From assembly GCA_965116475.1 (NCBI GenBank), contig OZ220691.1:1472001-1536000 (forward strand): a stretch of DNA of 64,000 bases. The letters run 5' to 3'. Under the pieces are notes generated by a model that had not been told where the DNA came from, did no database searches, and saw only the letters and a program-made list of their open reading frames with translations. Positions 1-10,254 of this stretch are shown piece by piece. The position numbers and the translations under genes were made by a program. The first letter of the stretch is position 1. Every line of letters begins with the position of its first letter. This DNA is from Gemmatimonadota bacterium (GTDB lineage Bacteria; Gemmatimonadota; Gemmatimonadetes; Palauibacterales; Palauibacteraceae).

Positions 1-3000
1 CGCGGAACCTTAGGAGCGGACCGTCCTCGAGCGGGCCCGCCACGACGATCCGGTGCTTCCCGGAAGCGGCGGAGTGGTAGAGTTCGAGACCGGCAGCAGC
101 CTCGACCGCCTCGATTTCGGGACCTTCGAGTTCGAGCAGCACGCCGACGGCGCGGCCGGCCGCCGGCGCCGTCCACTCGACGGTCAGGAACCCGGGACCT
201 CGTGGCGTGGCTGCCGGCATGGGCAACTCGACGGCCTGCGCACCCGGCTCCCGCGCGGCGGCGGGCGGCCCCGCGAGATCGCCGGTGCACGACCAGGCCG
301 TGGCCGCGGCGAGCAACACGGCCAACACCGCTCCGCGCGCGCGGCGGCGCCCGGCACCCGGCCGTCCGCGGCGCCCGTGGGACCGCCGGCGTCCGGCGGC
401 GGCTGCGCCGAGCAGGAAGAACGCCGAGGACGCGGCACCGGGCTCCCCGGGCGTGCTGCCGCAGTCGGCCTCGCCGCTCCGGCAGCGCTCGATCCAGGCC
501 ATCAGATCGCCCAGGTCGTACTCTCCGTTCCGGTTGCCGAGGCGGTCGAGGGCGTCGAGCTGGGCCTCGCTCAGCTCGCGCTCGCCGAACAGCGCCTCGG
601 ACGCCTGCTCCGGCGTCAACCGGTCCACCAGCGCGAGCAGGGCGTCCAGGTCCGCCGCGTCCTGCGCGGCCGCGTCTTGCCCGGCCACGTCTTGCCCGGC
701 CACGTCGCCCGCGGACTGCGGGATCGTGACCCTGACGCTCGGGGTCGCCATCCCGGGCGGGCCGTAGTTGACCGCCTTGTGTCCGATCACCGCCGACGAG
801 GCGGTCGCGTTCTGTGCCACGGTCACGGTCACCTCCTTGTACCTGAACCAGTCCGTTCTCCCGTAGGACACCGAGGCGGGCGACGCCGTGACGCCCGCGC
901 TGTCCGGCTGCGGCTCGATCGCCGCGCCCGCCGGGGGGTGTTGGTTGAGGCGCATGCGGTACGCGCCCGATCCGCCGGGCGCGATCGTGAGCGCCGTCTC
1001 CGACACGACGACCCCGTGCTCGTAGACCGGGTTGCCGCTCAGCCGGAGCTGCCTGAGGTTGGCCAGCTCGTTGATCTCCTCGTACGGAAAGCTCGTCAAC
1101 TGGTTGTCGCGCAGATTGAGTTCCTCGAGCGCCGCCAGCCGGTCGAAGACGCCGGCGCGCAGCGACCGCAGGCGGTTGTCGTCGATGTCGAGTTCCCTGA
1201 GAAGCGCCAGCTGGTCGAAGACGTTCGCGGGCAGCGACGAAAGCCGGTTGCCGTCCAGATCGAGCATGGTCAGCGCGCTCAGGTCGTCGAAGATCCCCGT
1301 CGGCAGCGACGAGATCCGGTTCCCGCTCAGGTCGACCTCCGTCACCGCCGTCAGGCCGTCGAAGTCGCCCGCCTTGAGCGACGCGATGTTCAGGTGGTTC
1401 AGCCAGAGTCCGCCCGAGATGGACGCCAGGTCGTCCGCCGTCACCCCGCCGCAGCCCTTCGAGCCGCCCAGCCACCCCAGGATGGCGTCGCGCACCTGGG
1501 GCGTGCGGCCGCAGATGCCGCCCGACGGCGTCGCCCGCACCTCGCGCGACGACGCTCCCGGGCCGGCCCTGTTGACGGCCCGCACCGCGAAGCGGTACTC
1601 GCGGTCGTTCGCGAGGCCCCCGACCGTGTACGTCTCCATGTTCGCCCCGCCCGCGCCGCTGCCCGGGATGCCGCGCCAGCTTCCGCCGTCCACCCGGTAG
1701 TCGTGGCGCGTCACGGGCGCGCCGCCGTTGTACGGCGGGAACCCCGGGTCGTCGCCCGGCGCGGTCCAGCTCAGCGTCACCTCGCGGCTGCCCGGCACCG
1801 CGGTCAGGTCGACCGGCGCGTCCGGCGCCCTCGCCGTCACCGTGCCGTCGACGATGGTGACGGTGACGGACCCGATCGCGACCGTGCCGTGATGGGCGGC
1901 GATGACGACCGTCTCGTCGTCCTCGGACTCCGAGTCGGACAGCGCGGCGAGCGTGACGCCGCCCGTGGTCGCGCCCGCCGCGATCGTGATGTTCGGCTCC
2001 GACAGCGTGTAGTCGCTGCCGCTGGTCGCCGTCCCGCCCAGCTCCAGCGTGACCGTCTGGACCGTCTCGAAGGTCGAGCCGCTGGTCTGGACCCATAGCC
2101 GCGTCTCCTCGCCCTCCCGCAACGTCGTCACGTTCGTCCTGATCTCGAGGTCGATGTCGTCGTCGGCCACCCTCACCTGCACGCTGCGCGCGGTGACCGA
2201 CCCGTAGTCGCCCCCGCTCACCGCGTGGGACACCGTCGCCTCGTCGGCGTTCTTGTCGACATCCTGCGCCGCGCTCACCGTCACCGGCTGCGCCGTGTCC
2301 CAGTCGCCGGGCGCGAACGTCAGCGTCGGCGGAGACGCCGTCACATCGGAGTCGCCGCTCACCGACACGCCGATCGTCACCGTGGCCGTCGGGCGCGATT
2401 CGAGCGCCACCCTGTAGGTGCCGCTGCCGCCCTCCTCGATCGAGAGCGCCGTCGCCGAGACCGCCACGCCGCGCGTGTCGTCGTCGGTGATCGTCACTGT
2501 CGCGTCCGTCACGGCGAGGCCGGACACCGTGCCGGCGACCGTGACCGTCTCGTCGTCCTCGTCCACGTCGTCGTCCACCGGCGTCAGCGACAGCGTCGCC
2601 GTCCCGCTCGTCGCGCCCGCCTCGATCGTCAGCGTGGCCGTGCCCGCCGTGAAGTCGGACGAAGCCGCCGTGCCCGCGCTCACCGACAGCGACACCGCCC
2701 GATCCGCCGCGAGCGCGGCGCCGTTCAGCGTTCCCGTCACCGACAGCGGCGTCTGACCCTCACCCTCGCCCACCCGCCCGGGCATCACCGTCAGCGTCAC
2801 GCCCGTCGACGGCGTGTCGTCGTCGGTGACGCGTATCTGCACGGAGGCGGCCGTGACGCCGTTGGCACCGTAGTCGCCGCCGCTCACCGTGTGGCTCACC
2901 GTCGCCGTGTCGCCGGCCGCGTCCAGGTCCTGGGCCGCACGCACCGTCACCGTACGCGGCTCATCCCAGTCGCTGGTCGTGAACTCCAGCGACGGCGGGG

Positions 3001-6000
3001 ACACCGTCACGTCCGCATCGCCCGCCACCGAGACGCCCACCGTCACCGTGGCCGTAGGCTGCGACTCGAGCACCACCGTGTAGGTGCCGCTCCCGCCCTC
3101 GTCGAACTCGACCGACGTCTCCGACACCCCCACCCCGCGGGTGTCGTCGTCGGTGATCGTCACCGTCGCGCCCGTGACGGTCAGGCCGCCGGACGCGGTG
3201 CCCGCCACCATGACCGTCTCGTCGTCCTCGTCGACGTCGTCGTCCATGGGCGTCAGCGTCAGCGTCGCCATGCCGCTCGTCTGGCCCGTCACGATCGTCA
3301 GCATCGCCGTGCCCGCCGTGAAGTCCTCCGATGCCGATGCCGTCACCGGGCTCACCGACAGCGCCACCGTCCGGTCCTCCGTGAACGCCCCGCCGTTCAG
3401 CGTGCCGGTGACGCTCAGCGCCGTCTGCCCATCACCCTCGCCCACCTCTGCCGGCGACACCGAAAGCGTCACTCCCGTCGCCGCCATGACATGCCGCGTC
3501 ACGACCACCGTGTAGGTCTTCTGCGTCACCCCGTCCTGGGCCGTCACCCTCACCTTGATCGTGTTCGCGCCCACTTCGAGCGCCACCTGGAACCCGTCCG
3601 CCGCGTCCGCGTCCACGAGCGCCTGGTCGCTGCCGTCGAGGTACGCGACCGTAGCCGAGACATGGCTCTTCACCGCGCTCACCGTGGTCATGGCCACCGA
3701 GTGGGGCGCCGACCCCGTGTAGCTCGTCGAGTCCGGGTGGAACAGGGGCGTGAGCGTCACCCCGCTCAGGTTCAGCCCGCTCAGCCTCGCGTCGTCGGAC
3801 GGCTGCCGCGTCACGACCACGACGTAGGTCTTCTGCGTCACCCCGTCCTGGGCCGTCACCCTGACCCCGATCGTGTTCGCGCCCACTTCGACCGCCACCT
3901 GGAACCCATCCGCCGTACTCGCGTCCGTCAGCGCCTCGTCGCTGGCGTCCACGTACGCGACCGTCGCCGAGGTGTGGCTGGTCGTCGGGTTCACCGTCGT
4001 CAAGGACACCGAGTGGACGACCGTCGACGTGTAGTTCAGCGAATCCGTGTGGAACGTCGGCTCCAGCGTCACGCCGCTCAGCGTCAGCGCGCTCAGGCTC
4101 GCGTCCGTGGACGGGACGCGGTTCATTACCGTCTGAGCGGTGAAGGTGGCCGCGTCGTTGCCGGCCAGGTCCTGCACCGCGTTCGCGTCGTCGCCGGTGG
4201 TCGGGTCCATGTAGCCGACCGTCACCGTCTGGTCGCCCGCCACCGCCGACGCCGGGACCAACAGCACCTCCAGCGCGGCCGGGTGGACACTGGTGACGGT
4301 CCGGGCCGTTCCGGCCACCGTTACCGTGAATGCGCTGGCCGGAGCCGTCGTCGTCTGGGACAACTCTTCGTTGAAGTGGAGGTGGATGCCGATGCCGTCG
4401 GGCGTGGTCCTCGGCGCGTTCGTGCCGCTCGTCACCAGCGTCGGGCGCACGCCGTCCACCCTGTGGGTCGCGTCCGCCGCCACGGCCGCGTGCGCGATGA
4501 AGGCATCGCTCGTCGTCGAGCCCTTCCTCCGGATCGTCCCGCCGTTCAGCTCGAGTTCGTTCGCCGCGATCTCGATGCCGTCGTCGTCGGAGTCGTTCTC
4601 CGCCACCACGTAGCCCTTGAACAGCAGCGCGGTCGTGCCCGTCCCGGAGCTGTAGTCCAGCTGCTTGTCCGACCCGGCGACGTCGATGTCCAGCCGCGGC
4701 GTGCCCGTCACGTCCACGGAGTCGGTGAACGTCACCGTCACCGATACCGTGTCGCCGATCCCGTACGCCCCGTCCGTGCCCGCATCCGACAGCGCCAGCG
4801 AGGCGACCGCCGGCTCGACGTCGTTCCTCACCGTCTGCGCATCGAACGTCGCCGCGTCGTTGCCGGCCAAGTCCTGAATCGCGTTCGCGTCGTCGCCGGC
4901 CGTCGGGTCCATGTAGGCCACCGTCACCGTCTCGCCGGGGGCCACCGCCGACGCCAGGAACAAGATCACTTGAGTATCGGACTGGTCGACAGTCCCGCGG
5001 AGGGTCCGGGGCGTTCCGTCCACCGTCACCGTGAATGCGCTGGCCGGCGCCGCCGTCGGGGACAGATCTTCGCTGAAGTCGAGGTAGAGGCCGCGGCCGC
5101 CGGGCGTGGTCCTCGGCGCGTTCGTGCCGCTCGTCACCAGCGTCGGGCGGATGCCGTCCACCCGCAGGGCCGCATCGATGCCGACCTCGTCGGCCGTGTA
5201 GGTCGTGTCGGCGGCCAGGCCGTTCGGGCCCTCGAGCGTCGCGCCGTTCAGCGTCAGCTTGTTCGCGGCCACGCCGATCGCTCCGGCAATGCCCTCGTCG
5301 ACCGGGTAGCGGCAGGTGAGTTGGGTCCCCGCGGCGATGAGGCAGGTCGCCGTCCTCGTCGAATCGCCGACCGTCAGCTCCAGCCGCGGCGTGCCGCCGG
5401 TCACGTCCAGCGTCAGGTCCTTCGTGAACGTCACCGCCAGGTCGATCGTGTCGGCGATGGCGTAGAGGTCGTCGCTCGGGGCGTCGACTACAGCCACCGA
5501 GGCGACCTCAGGCCCGGGAACCGCGATGAGCTGCACGTCGACCGGCTCGCCGTCCGACCAGGCCAGGCCGGGGTTGTCCCAATCGTGACTTTCTGTCCCC
5601 GTCGCCTCATCGAGGCGAAACTCCGTGCCGTCCAGGGCCAATACTAGGAGGTCGTCGGGCGCGGCGGAGATGCGGGGTGACAGCCAATAGATCAGCTCGT
5701 TGTCGATAACAACATCATTAACGAGCGTTATCGAATGGGCGAGCGCGAAAAGGGCATAGGGCGTTCCTCCATACTCGAACGGGTCGGACCTGGAAAGGCT
5801 GCCGACGACACCGTCCGTGGTTGACTCGTATCCGACAGTGTGTCCAACAAGAGGTCCCGATGTTTCCATGGACGTCCCCACGGTCATTTCGACGGACCAA
5901 AGGACATCGCCCTCCGTGCCCGGCCCCGCGTTGTTCGTGACCGTCTCTGCGGAGAACGTCGCCGCGTCGTTGCCCGCAGCGTCCTGCACCGCGTTCTCGT

Positions 6001-9000
6001 CGTTGCTTCCCGTCGGATCCATGTAGGCGACCGTCACCGTCTCGCCGGTGGCCACCGCGGACGCCAGCACGAGCGTCACCGACGGGCCGGCCGCAACGAC
6101 GCCGCCCGCAAAGACCGAGCTGACGCCGCGCGCCGATCCGTCCACCGTCACCGTGAACGCACTCGTCGGCGCGGTGGTCGCGGACAGCACCTCGCTGAAC
6201 GTCAGCAGCACCTTCTTGCCGTCGCGCGATGTCTTCGGCGCACCGTCGCCCGTCGTCACCAGCGTTGGCGCCACCAAGTCCACCCTGTTCGTCACCGTCT
6301 GCGCGGCAAAGGTCGCCGCGTCGTTACCCGCCGCGTCTTGCACCGCGTTCGCGTCGTCGTTCGCCGTCGGGTCGGCGTAGGCGACCGTCACCGTGTCGCC
6401 GGTGGCCACTGCGGAGGCCAGCGTCAAGGTCACGTCGGTGCCGCTGGCGGAGACCGAGCTGACGCCGCGCGTCGATCCGTTCACGAGCACCGTGAACGCG
6501 CTCGCCGGCGCCGTCGTCGACGACAGCCTCTCGCTGAAGGTGAGGTCGATGATCGCACCGTTGGTCGAGGTGACCGCGCTCACGAACGTCGGGCGCACGC
6601 CGTCCACCCTGTGGGTCGCGTCCGCCGCCACGGCCGCGTGCGTGATGATGGCATTGATCGTCGTCGAGCCCTTCTTCCGGATCGTCCCGCCGTTCAGCTC
6701 GAGTTCGTTCGCCGCGATCTCGATGCCGTCCGTGTCTTCTTCGCTCTCCGCCACCACGTAGCCCTTGAACAGCAGCGCGGTCGTGCCCGTCCCGGAGCTG
6801 TAGTCCAGCGGCTTGTCCGACCCGGCGACGTCGATGTCCAGCCGCGGCACCCCCGCCACGTCCACGGAGTCGGTGAACGTCACCGTCACCGATACCGTGT
6901 CGCCGATCCCGTACGCCCCGTCCGTGCCCGCGTCCGACAGCGCCAGCGAGACGACTTCGGGCCCAACGACGTTCCTCACCGCCTGCGCGTCGAACGTCGC
7001 CGCGTCGTTGCCCGCCGCGTCCTGGACCGCGTTCGCGTCGTCGTTCGCCGTCGGGTCCATGTAGGCCACCGTCACCGTCTCGCCGGTCGTTACCGCCGGC
7101 GACAGAGTGAGAGCTACGGTCCGGTCGATCAGGTTCGCGGCGACGACTTCGACGGTCCTGGGCTGTCCGTCCACCGTCACCGTGAACGCGCTCGCCGGCG
7201 CCGTCGTCGTCGACAGCGTCTCGCTGAAGCGGAGGTCGATGGCCGACCCGCTCGCCGTGGTCTTCGGCGCACCCGTGCCGCTCGTCACCAGCGTCGGGCG
7301 CACGCCGTCCACCCGCAGGTCCGCATCGATGCCGACCTCGTCGGCCGTGTAGGTCGTGTCGGCGCTCAGGTCGTTCGGGCCCACAAGCGTCGCGCCGTTC
7401 AGCGTCAGCTTGTTCGCCGCGACGCCGATCGCGCCCTCTATCCCCTCGTCGACCACATGTCGGCAGGTGAGCTGCGTGCCCGTTGCGGCGGCGCAGGTCG
7501 CCGTCCTCGTCGAGTCGCCGACCGTCAGTTCCAGGCCCGGCGTGCCGCCGGTCACGTCCAGCGTCAGGTCCTTCGTGAACGTCACCGCCAGGTCGATGGT
7601 GTCGGCGATGGCGTAGAGGTCGTCGGTGGGCGCGTCGACTACAGCCACCGAGGCGACCTCCGGCCCTGAAACCGCAATGAGCTTCGCGGCGACCGGCTCG
7701 CCATCCGACCAGGTCAGACCTTGGTTGTCCCATTCGAGCGAACTGACATTCGCATCGTAGATCTGCTTGGCCGACTGATCGACCCGGAACTGTGTGCCGT
7801 CCAGATCCAATACCAGCGGATGATCGGAGGGGGAGGGAAAATGGGGTGTGGTATACAGATACAAAGTGACGCCGAGTCCCACAAACTCCGTCACGTCGAG
7901 CCCTAGAACAGTGTACGTGGTTCCATCGTACATGAAGGCGGCGGATCCAGAAATGCGGCCCACCGCGTCCTCGCCGTCGTACCCAGCCACGTGGTAAGTG
8001 AATCCGGATGAGGAGACCGTGTACGTTCCTACGGTCATGTCGACGGACCAAATGACCTCGCCCTCGGTGCCCGCCCGCGCGTTGTTGGTCACCGTCTGGG
8101 CTGAGAACGTCGCCGCGTCGTTGCCCGCCCGGTCCTGCACAGCGTTCTCGTCGTCGTCGGTGTTCGGATCGGTGTAGCCGATCGTCACCGTCTGGCCGGC
8201 CGTCACGGCCGTCGTCAGCACCAGCGTCACCGGGCCGGCCGTAAGGAAGCCTCCCGCAAAGACCGAGCTGACGCCGCGCGCCGATCCGTCCACCGTCACC
8301 GTGAACGCACTCGTCGGCGCGGTGGTCGCCGACAGCGCCTCGCTGAACGTCAGCAGCACTTTTTTGCCGTCGTTCGATGTCTTCGGCGCACCGTCGCCCG
8401 TCGTCACCAGCGTTGGCGCCACCAAGTCCACCCTGTTCGTCACCGTCTGCGCGGCAAAGGTCGCCGCGTCGTTACCCGCCGCGTCCTGCACCGCGTTCGC
8501 GTCGTCGTTCGCCGTCGGGTCCATGTAGGCGACCGTCACCGTGTCGCCGGTGGCCACTGCGGAGGCCAGCGTCAAGGTCACGTCCGTGCCGCTGGCGGAG
8601 ACCGAGCTGACGCCGCGCGTCGATCCGTTCACGAGCACCGTGAACGAGCTCGCCGGCGCCGTCATCGAGGACAGCAGTTCGCTGAACGTGATGACGATCT
8701 CGGTGCCGTCGGTCGAGGTGGCCGCGCTCACGAACGTCGGACTGGCCTTGTAGCTGACGGAGCGCCGGGTCGGGCTTCCCGCGCGCTCGGAAGGGCTGGA
8801 CCCGGCGCTACCGACGGACCCGGGCGCCTCCGCCTCCATGTCGGTCTGCGCATGCGCGGCGCCCGCGCCCACGAGCAGGGCGACACCCGCCAGCAGGACG
8901 GCCGTCAGGCGGCGGCCCCCGGCCCGCGAACAGGCCGAGCCCGGCCACGGCGGGGCGGGAAGGATCGGGCGGGCGGATGCCGCGCGAGGCCGATGGGCCC

Positions 9001-9037
9001 CCGAATCTTCCTCGGCAGGAAAAACCGCTGGGCTCAT
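1..9037 (-). CDS. Giant repetitive surface/adhesin-like protein (>3000 aa, 3' end outside window): signal peptide, SwmB-like repeats, cadherin-like beta-sandwich x2, Calx-beta-like repeats, fn3, LRR, C-terminal module
   Basis: Manual minus-strand translation from ATG 9037: RRLTAVLLAGVALLVGAGAAHA-QTD signal; repeats TLTLASAVATGDTVTVAYMDPTANDDANAVQDAAGNDAATF; DASLSALTLS...TYVVVVTR; TVTITDDD; LRR LDLDGNRLSSLPANVFDQL. Frame is the same at 9037, 598 and 4. Absence from the ORF track fits no stop inside the window; not every codon was checked. Confidence 0.88.
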   Translation of the reverse strand, partial: MSPAVFPAEEDSGAHRPRAASARPILPAPPWPGSACSRAGGRRLTAVLLAGVALLVGAGAAHAQTDMEAEAPGSVGSAGSSPSERAGSPTRRSVSYKASPTFVSAATSTDGTEIVITFSELLSSMTAPASSFTVLVNGSTRGVSSVSASGTDVTLTLASAVATGDTVTVAYMDPTANDDANAVQDAAGNDAATFAAQTVTNRVDLVAPTLVTTGDGAPKTSNDGKKVLLTFSEALSATTAPTSAFTVTVDGSARGVSSVFAGGFLTAGPVTLVLTTAVTAGQTVTIGYTDPNTDDDENAVQDRAGNDAATFSAQTVTNNARAGTEGEVIWSVDMTVGTYTVSSSGFTYHVAGYDGEDAVGRISGSAAFMYDGTTYTVLGLDVTEFVGLGVTLYLYTTPHFPSPSDHPLVLDLDGTQFRVDQSAKQIYDANVSSLEWDNQGLTWSDGEPVAAKLIAVSGPEVASVAVVDAPTDDLYAIADTIDLAVTFTKDLTLDVTGGTPGLELTVGDSTRTATCAAATGTQLTCRHVVDEGIEGAIGVAANKLTLNGATLVGPNDLSADTTYTADEVGIDADLRVDGVRPTLVTSGTGAPKTTASGSAIDLRFSETLSTTTAPASAFTVTVDGQPRTVEVVAANLIDRTVALTLSPAVTTGETVTVAYMDPTANDDANAVQDAAGNDAATFDAQAVRNVVGPEVVSLALSDAGTDGAYGIGDTVSVTVTFTDSVDVAGVPRLDIDVAGSDKPLDYSSGTGTTALLFKGYVVAESEEDTDGIEIAANELELNGGTIRKKGSTTINAIITHAAVAADATHRVDGVRPTFVSAVTSTNGAIIDLTFSERLSSTTAPASAFTVLVNGSTRGVSSVSASGTDVTLTLASAVATGDTVTVAYADPTANDDANAVQDAAGNDAATFAAQTVTNRVDLVAPTLVTTGDGAPKTSRDGKKVLLTFSEVLSATTAPTSAFTVTVDGSARGVSSVFAGGVVAAGPSVTLVLASAVATGETVTVAYMDPTGSNDENAVQDAAGNDAATFSAETVTNNAGPGTEGDVLWSVEMTVGTSMETSGPLVGHTVGYESTTDGVVGSLSRSDPFEYGGTPYALFALAHSITLVNDVVIDNELIYWLSPRISAAPDDLLVLALDGTEFRLDEATGTESHDWDNPGLAWSDGEPVDVQLIAVPGPEVASVAVVDAPSDDLYAIADTIDLAVTFTKDLTLDVTGGTPRLELTVGDSTRTATCLIAAGTQLTCRYPVDEGIAGAIGVAANKLTLNGATLEGPNGLAADTTYTADEVGIDAALRVDGIRPTLVTSGTNAPRTTPGGRGLYLDFSEDLSPTAAPASAFTVTVDGTPRTLRGTVDQSDTQVILFLASAVAPGETVTVAYMDPTAGDDANAIQDLAGNDAATFDAQTVRNDVEPAVASLALSDAGTDGAYGIGDTVSVTVTFTDSVDVTGTPRLDIDVAGSDKQLDYSSGTGTTALLFKGYVVAENDSDDDGIEIAANELELNGGTIRRKGSTTSDAFIAHAAVAADATHRVDGVRPTLVTSGTNAPRTTPDGIGIHLHFNEELSQTTTAPASAFTVTVAGTARTVTSVHPAALEVLLVPASAVAGDQTVTVGYMDPTTGDDANAVQDLAGNDAATFTAQTVMNRVPSTDASLSALTLSGVTLEPTFHTDSLNYTSTVVHSVSLTTVNPTTSHTSATVAYVDASDEALTDASTADGFQVAVEVGANTIGVRVTAQDGVTQKTYVVVVTRQPSDDARLSGLNLSGVTLTPLFHPDSTSYTGSAPHSVAMTTVSAVKSHVSATVAYLDGSDQALVDADAADGFQVALEVGANTIKVRVTAQDGVTQKTYTVVVTRHVMAATGVTLSVSPAEVGEGDGQTALSVTGTLNGGAFTEDRTVALSVSPVTASASEDFTAGTAMLTIVTGQTSGMATLTLTPMDDDVDEDDETVMVAGTASGGLTVTGATVTITDDDTRGVGVSETSVEFDEGGSGTYTVVLESQPTATVTVGVSVAGDADVTVSPPSLEFTTSDWDEPRTVTVRAAQDLDAAGDTATVSHTVSGGDYGANGVTAASVQIRVTDDDTPSTGVTLTVMPGRVGEGEGQTPLSVTGTLNGAALAADRAVSLSVSAGTAASSDFTAGTATLTIEAGATSGTATLSLTPVDDDVDEDDETVTVAGTVSGLAVTDATVTITDDDTRGVAVSATALSIEEGGSGTYRVALESRPTATVTIGVSVSGDSDVTASPPTLTFAPGDWDTAQPVTVSAAQDVDKNADEATVSHAVSGGDYGSVTARSVQVRVADDDIDLEIRTNVTTLREGEETRLWVQTSGSTFETVQTVTLELGGTATSGSDYTLSEPNITIAAGATTGGVTLAALSDSESEDDETVVIAAHHGTVAIGSVTVTIVDGTVTARAPDAPVDLTAVPGSREVTLSWTAPGDDPGFPPYNGGAPVTRHDYRVDGGSWRGIPGSGAGGANMETYTVGGLANDREYRFAVRAVNRAGPGASSREVRATPSGGICGRTPQVRDAILGWLGGSKGCGGVTADDLASISGGLWLNHLNIASLKAGDFDGLTAVTEVDLSGNRISSLPTGIFDDLSALTMLDLDGNRLSSLPANVFDQLALLRELDIDDNRLRSLRAGVFDRLAALEELNLRDNQLTSFPYEEINELANLRQLRLSGNPVYEHGVVVSETALTIAPGGSGAYRMRLNQHPPAGAAIEPQPDSAGVTASPASVSYGRTDWFRYKEVTVTVAQNATASSAVIGHKAVNYGPPGMATPSVRVTIPQSAGDVAGQDVAGQDAAAQDAADLDALLALVDRLTPEQASEALFGERELSEAQLDALDRLGNRNGEYDLGDLMAWIERCRSGEADCGSTPGEPGAASSAFFLLGAAAAGRRRSHGRRGRPGAGRRRARGAVLAVLLAAATAWSCTGDLAGPPAAAREPGAQAVELPMPAATPRGPGFLTVEWTAPAAGRAVGVLLELEGPEIEAVEAAAGLELYHSAASGKHRIVVAGPLEDGPLLRFR
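4130..8660. repeat. ~2.15-kb internal tandem duplication within the surface protein gene
   Basis: Near-identical blocks at offset 2148-2151: 4441 vs 6589, 5143 vs 7294, ~6107-6510 vs ~8256-8660. Boundaries approximate. Confidence 0.85.
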
Positions 9038-9097
9038 CTCTCGTATGTGGGAATCGTTGTCCGACATGCGCGGCCCTCACGCTGCGAATTGGATTGT

Positions 9098-9124
9098 GGT
9101 CGATAACTGGTAGTTATCAACCGC
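9098..9124 (+). other. Putative tyrosine-recombinase site (left), lox-like
   Basis: GGTCGATAACTGGTAGTTATCAACCGC: dyad arms GGTCGATAA/TTATCAACC around an asymmetric CTGGTAG core; exact reverse complement of 10255-10281. Confidence 0.8.
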
Positions 9125-9226
9125 AACCCGGTCGCACTTATCGCCTTGTTCCAGAGTCACTTATGCAGATTGCGGCACCGGAAAACAGTGAGCGGTCACA
9201 ACCGCCCGGCCACTGGGCGGTCACGC

Positions 9227-10186
9227 ATGGATGAGCGCCGGTGCGGGGATCCGGAGGCCGCCGCCGGCCTCCTCGGCGAGTACCTGGCCGCCGCCGCCGA
9301 CGGCTCGCTGAGCGGCAACACCGTGCGGGCGCTGAGGGGGGACCTTCAGCGGTTCGCGGCGTGGTGCGCGGAACGGGATCTCTGTCCGCTGCCCGCGCGC
9401 GCGGGGACGGTCGTGGCCTACATCGAAGAGGTGTCGGGCGACCGCGCGCCCGCCACCGTGAGGCGCCATGTCTCGAGCATCGCCGCCGTGCACAAGGCGG
9501 CCGGGGAGCGGAGCCCGTCGGAGCATGCCGCGGTGCGGCGCGCCCTCGCGCGGATGCGGCGGCGGAAGGGGTCCCGGCAGACGCAGGCGCTGGGCCTGAC
9601 CTGGACGCTCCGCCGGCGCCTGATCGAGGGCGGGGGCTCCCGACTCATCGACGTCCGCAACCGCGCGATCCTGGCCGTGGCCTACGACGCCATGCTGCGC
9701 CGCTCCGAGCTCGTCGCGCTCGAAGTCGTTGACGTGAAGGTGGATAGGGGAGGATCGGCCTCCGTCCTCGTGCGCCGGGCGAAGAACGATCCGGAGGGCG
9801 GCGGGGCGGTGCTGTACCTACACCGCGACACCGTGAGGATGCTCAGGGAGTGGCTCGGCGCGAGCGGGGTCGGCAACGGGCCGCTCTTCCGCGCCGTGCG
9901 CAAGGACGGGCGCGTCGGCGCGGCTCTCCATCCGGGCCAGGTGCCGCGCATCTACAAGGCCATGGCCCGGCGCGCCGGGCTTCCGCCGGAGGTGGTGCGC
10001 CGGCTCTCCGGGCACAGCCCGCGGGTAGGCGCGGCGCAGGACATGATCGCCTCGGGCATCGAGCTGCCGGCGATCATGCAGGCCGGGCGCTGGAGGAACG
10101 TCCGCATGGTCCAGCGCTACGGCGAGCGCCTGCTCGCGAAGCGCAACGGAGCCGCCCAGCTGGCCCGGCTCCAGAAGCGCCGCTAG
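9227..10186 (+). CDS. Cre-like tyrosine recombinase
   Basis: Catalytic set present: MLRRSEL (R), RAKND (K), HSPRVGAAQDM (HxxR; Cre has HSARVGAARDM), GRW (W), VQRY (Y); N-terminal core-binding region. ATG 9227 preferred over TTG 9146. Confidence 0.93.
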   Translation: MDERRCGDPEAAAGLLGEYLAAAADGSLSGNTVRALRGDLQRFAAWCAERDLCPLPARAGTVVAYIEEVSGDRAPATVRRHVSSIAAVHKAAGERSPSEHAAVRRALARMRRRKGSRQTQALGLTWTLRRRLIEGGGSRLIDVRNRAILAVAYDAMLRRSELVALEVVDVKVDRGGSASVLVRRAKNDPEGGGAVLYLHRDTVRMLREWLGASGVGNGPLFRAVRKDGRVGAALHPGQVPRIYKAMARRAGLPPEVVRRLSGHSPRVGAAQDMIASGIELPAIMQAGRWRNVRMVQRYGERLLAKRNGAAQLARLQKRR

Positions 10187-10254
10187 AGATACGCCGGGCA
10201 CGGATATTTTGGACGGATGACTCCGGCGGGTTATCGTTGCCACCGGGTACGATA

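Noticed and set aside
53..7669. Long plus-strand ORFs (681, 1140 and 609 aa)
   Set aside because: Arg-rich antisense shadows of the minus-strand surface protein gene in high-GC DNA.
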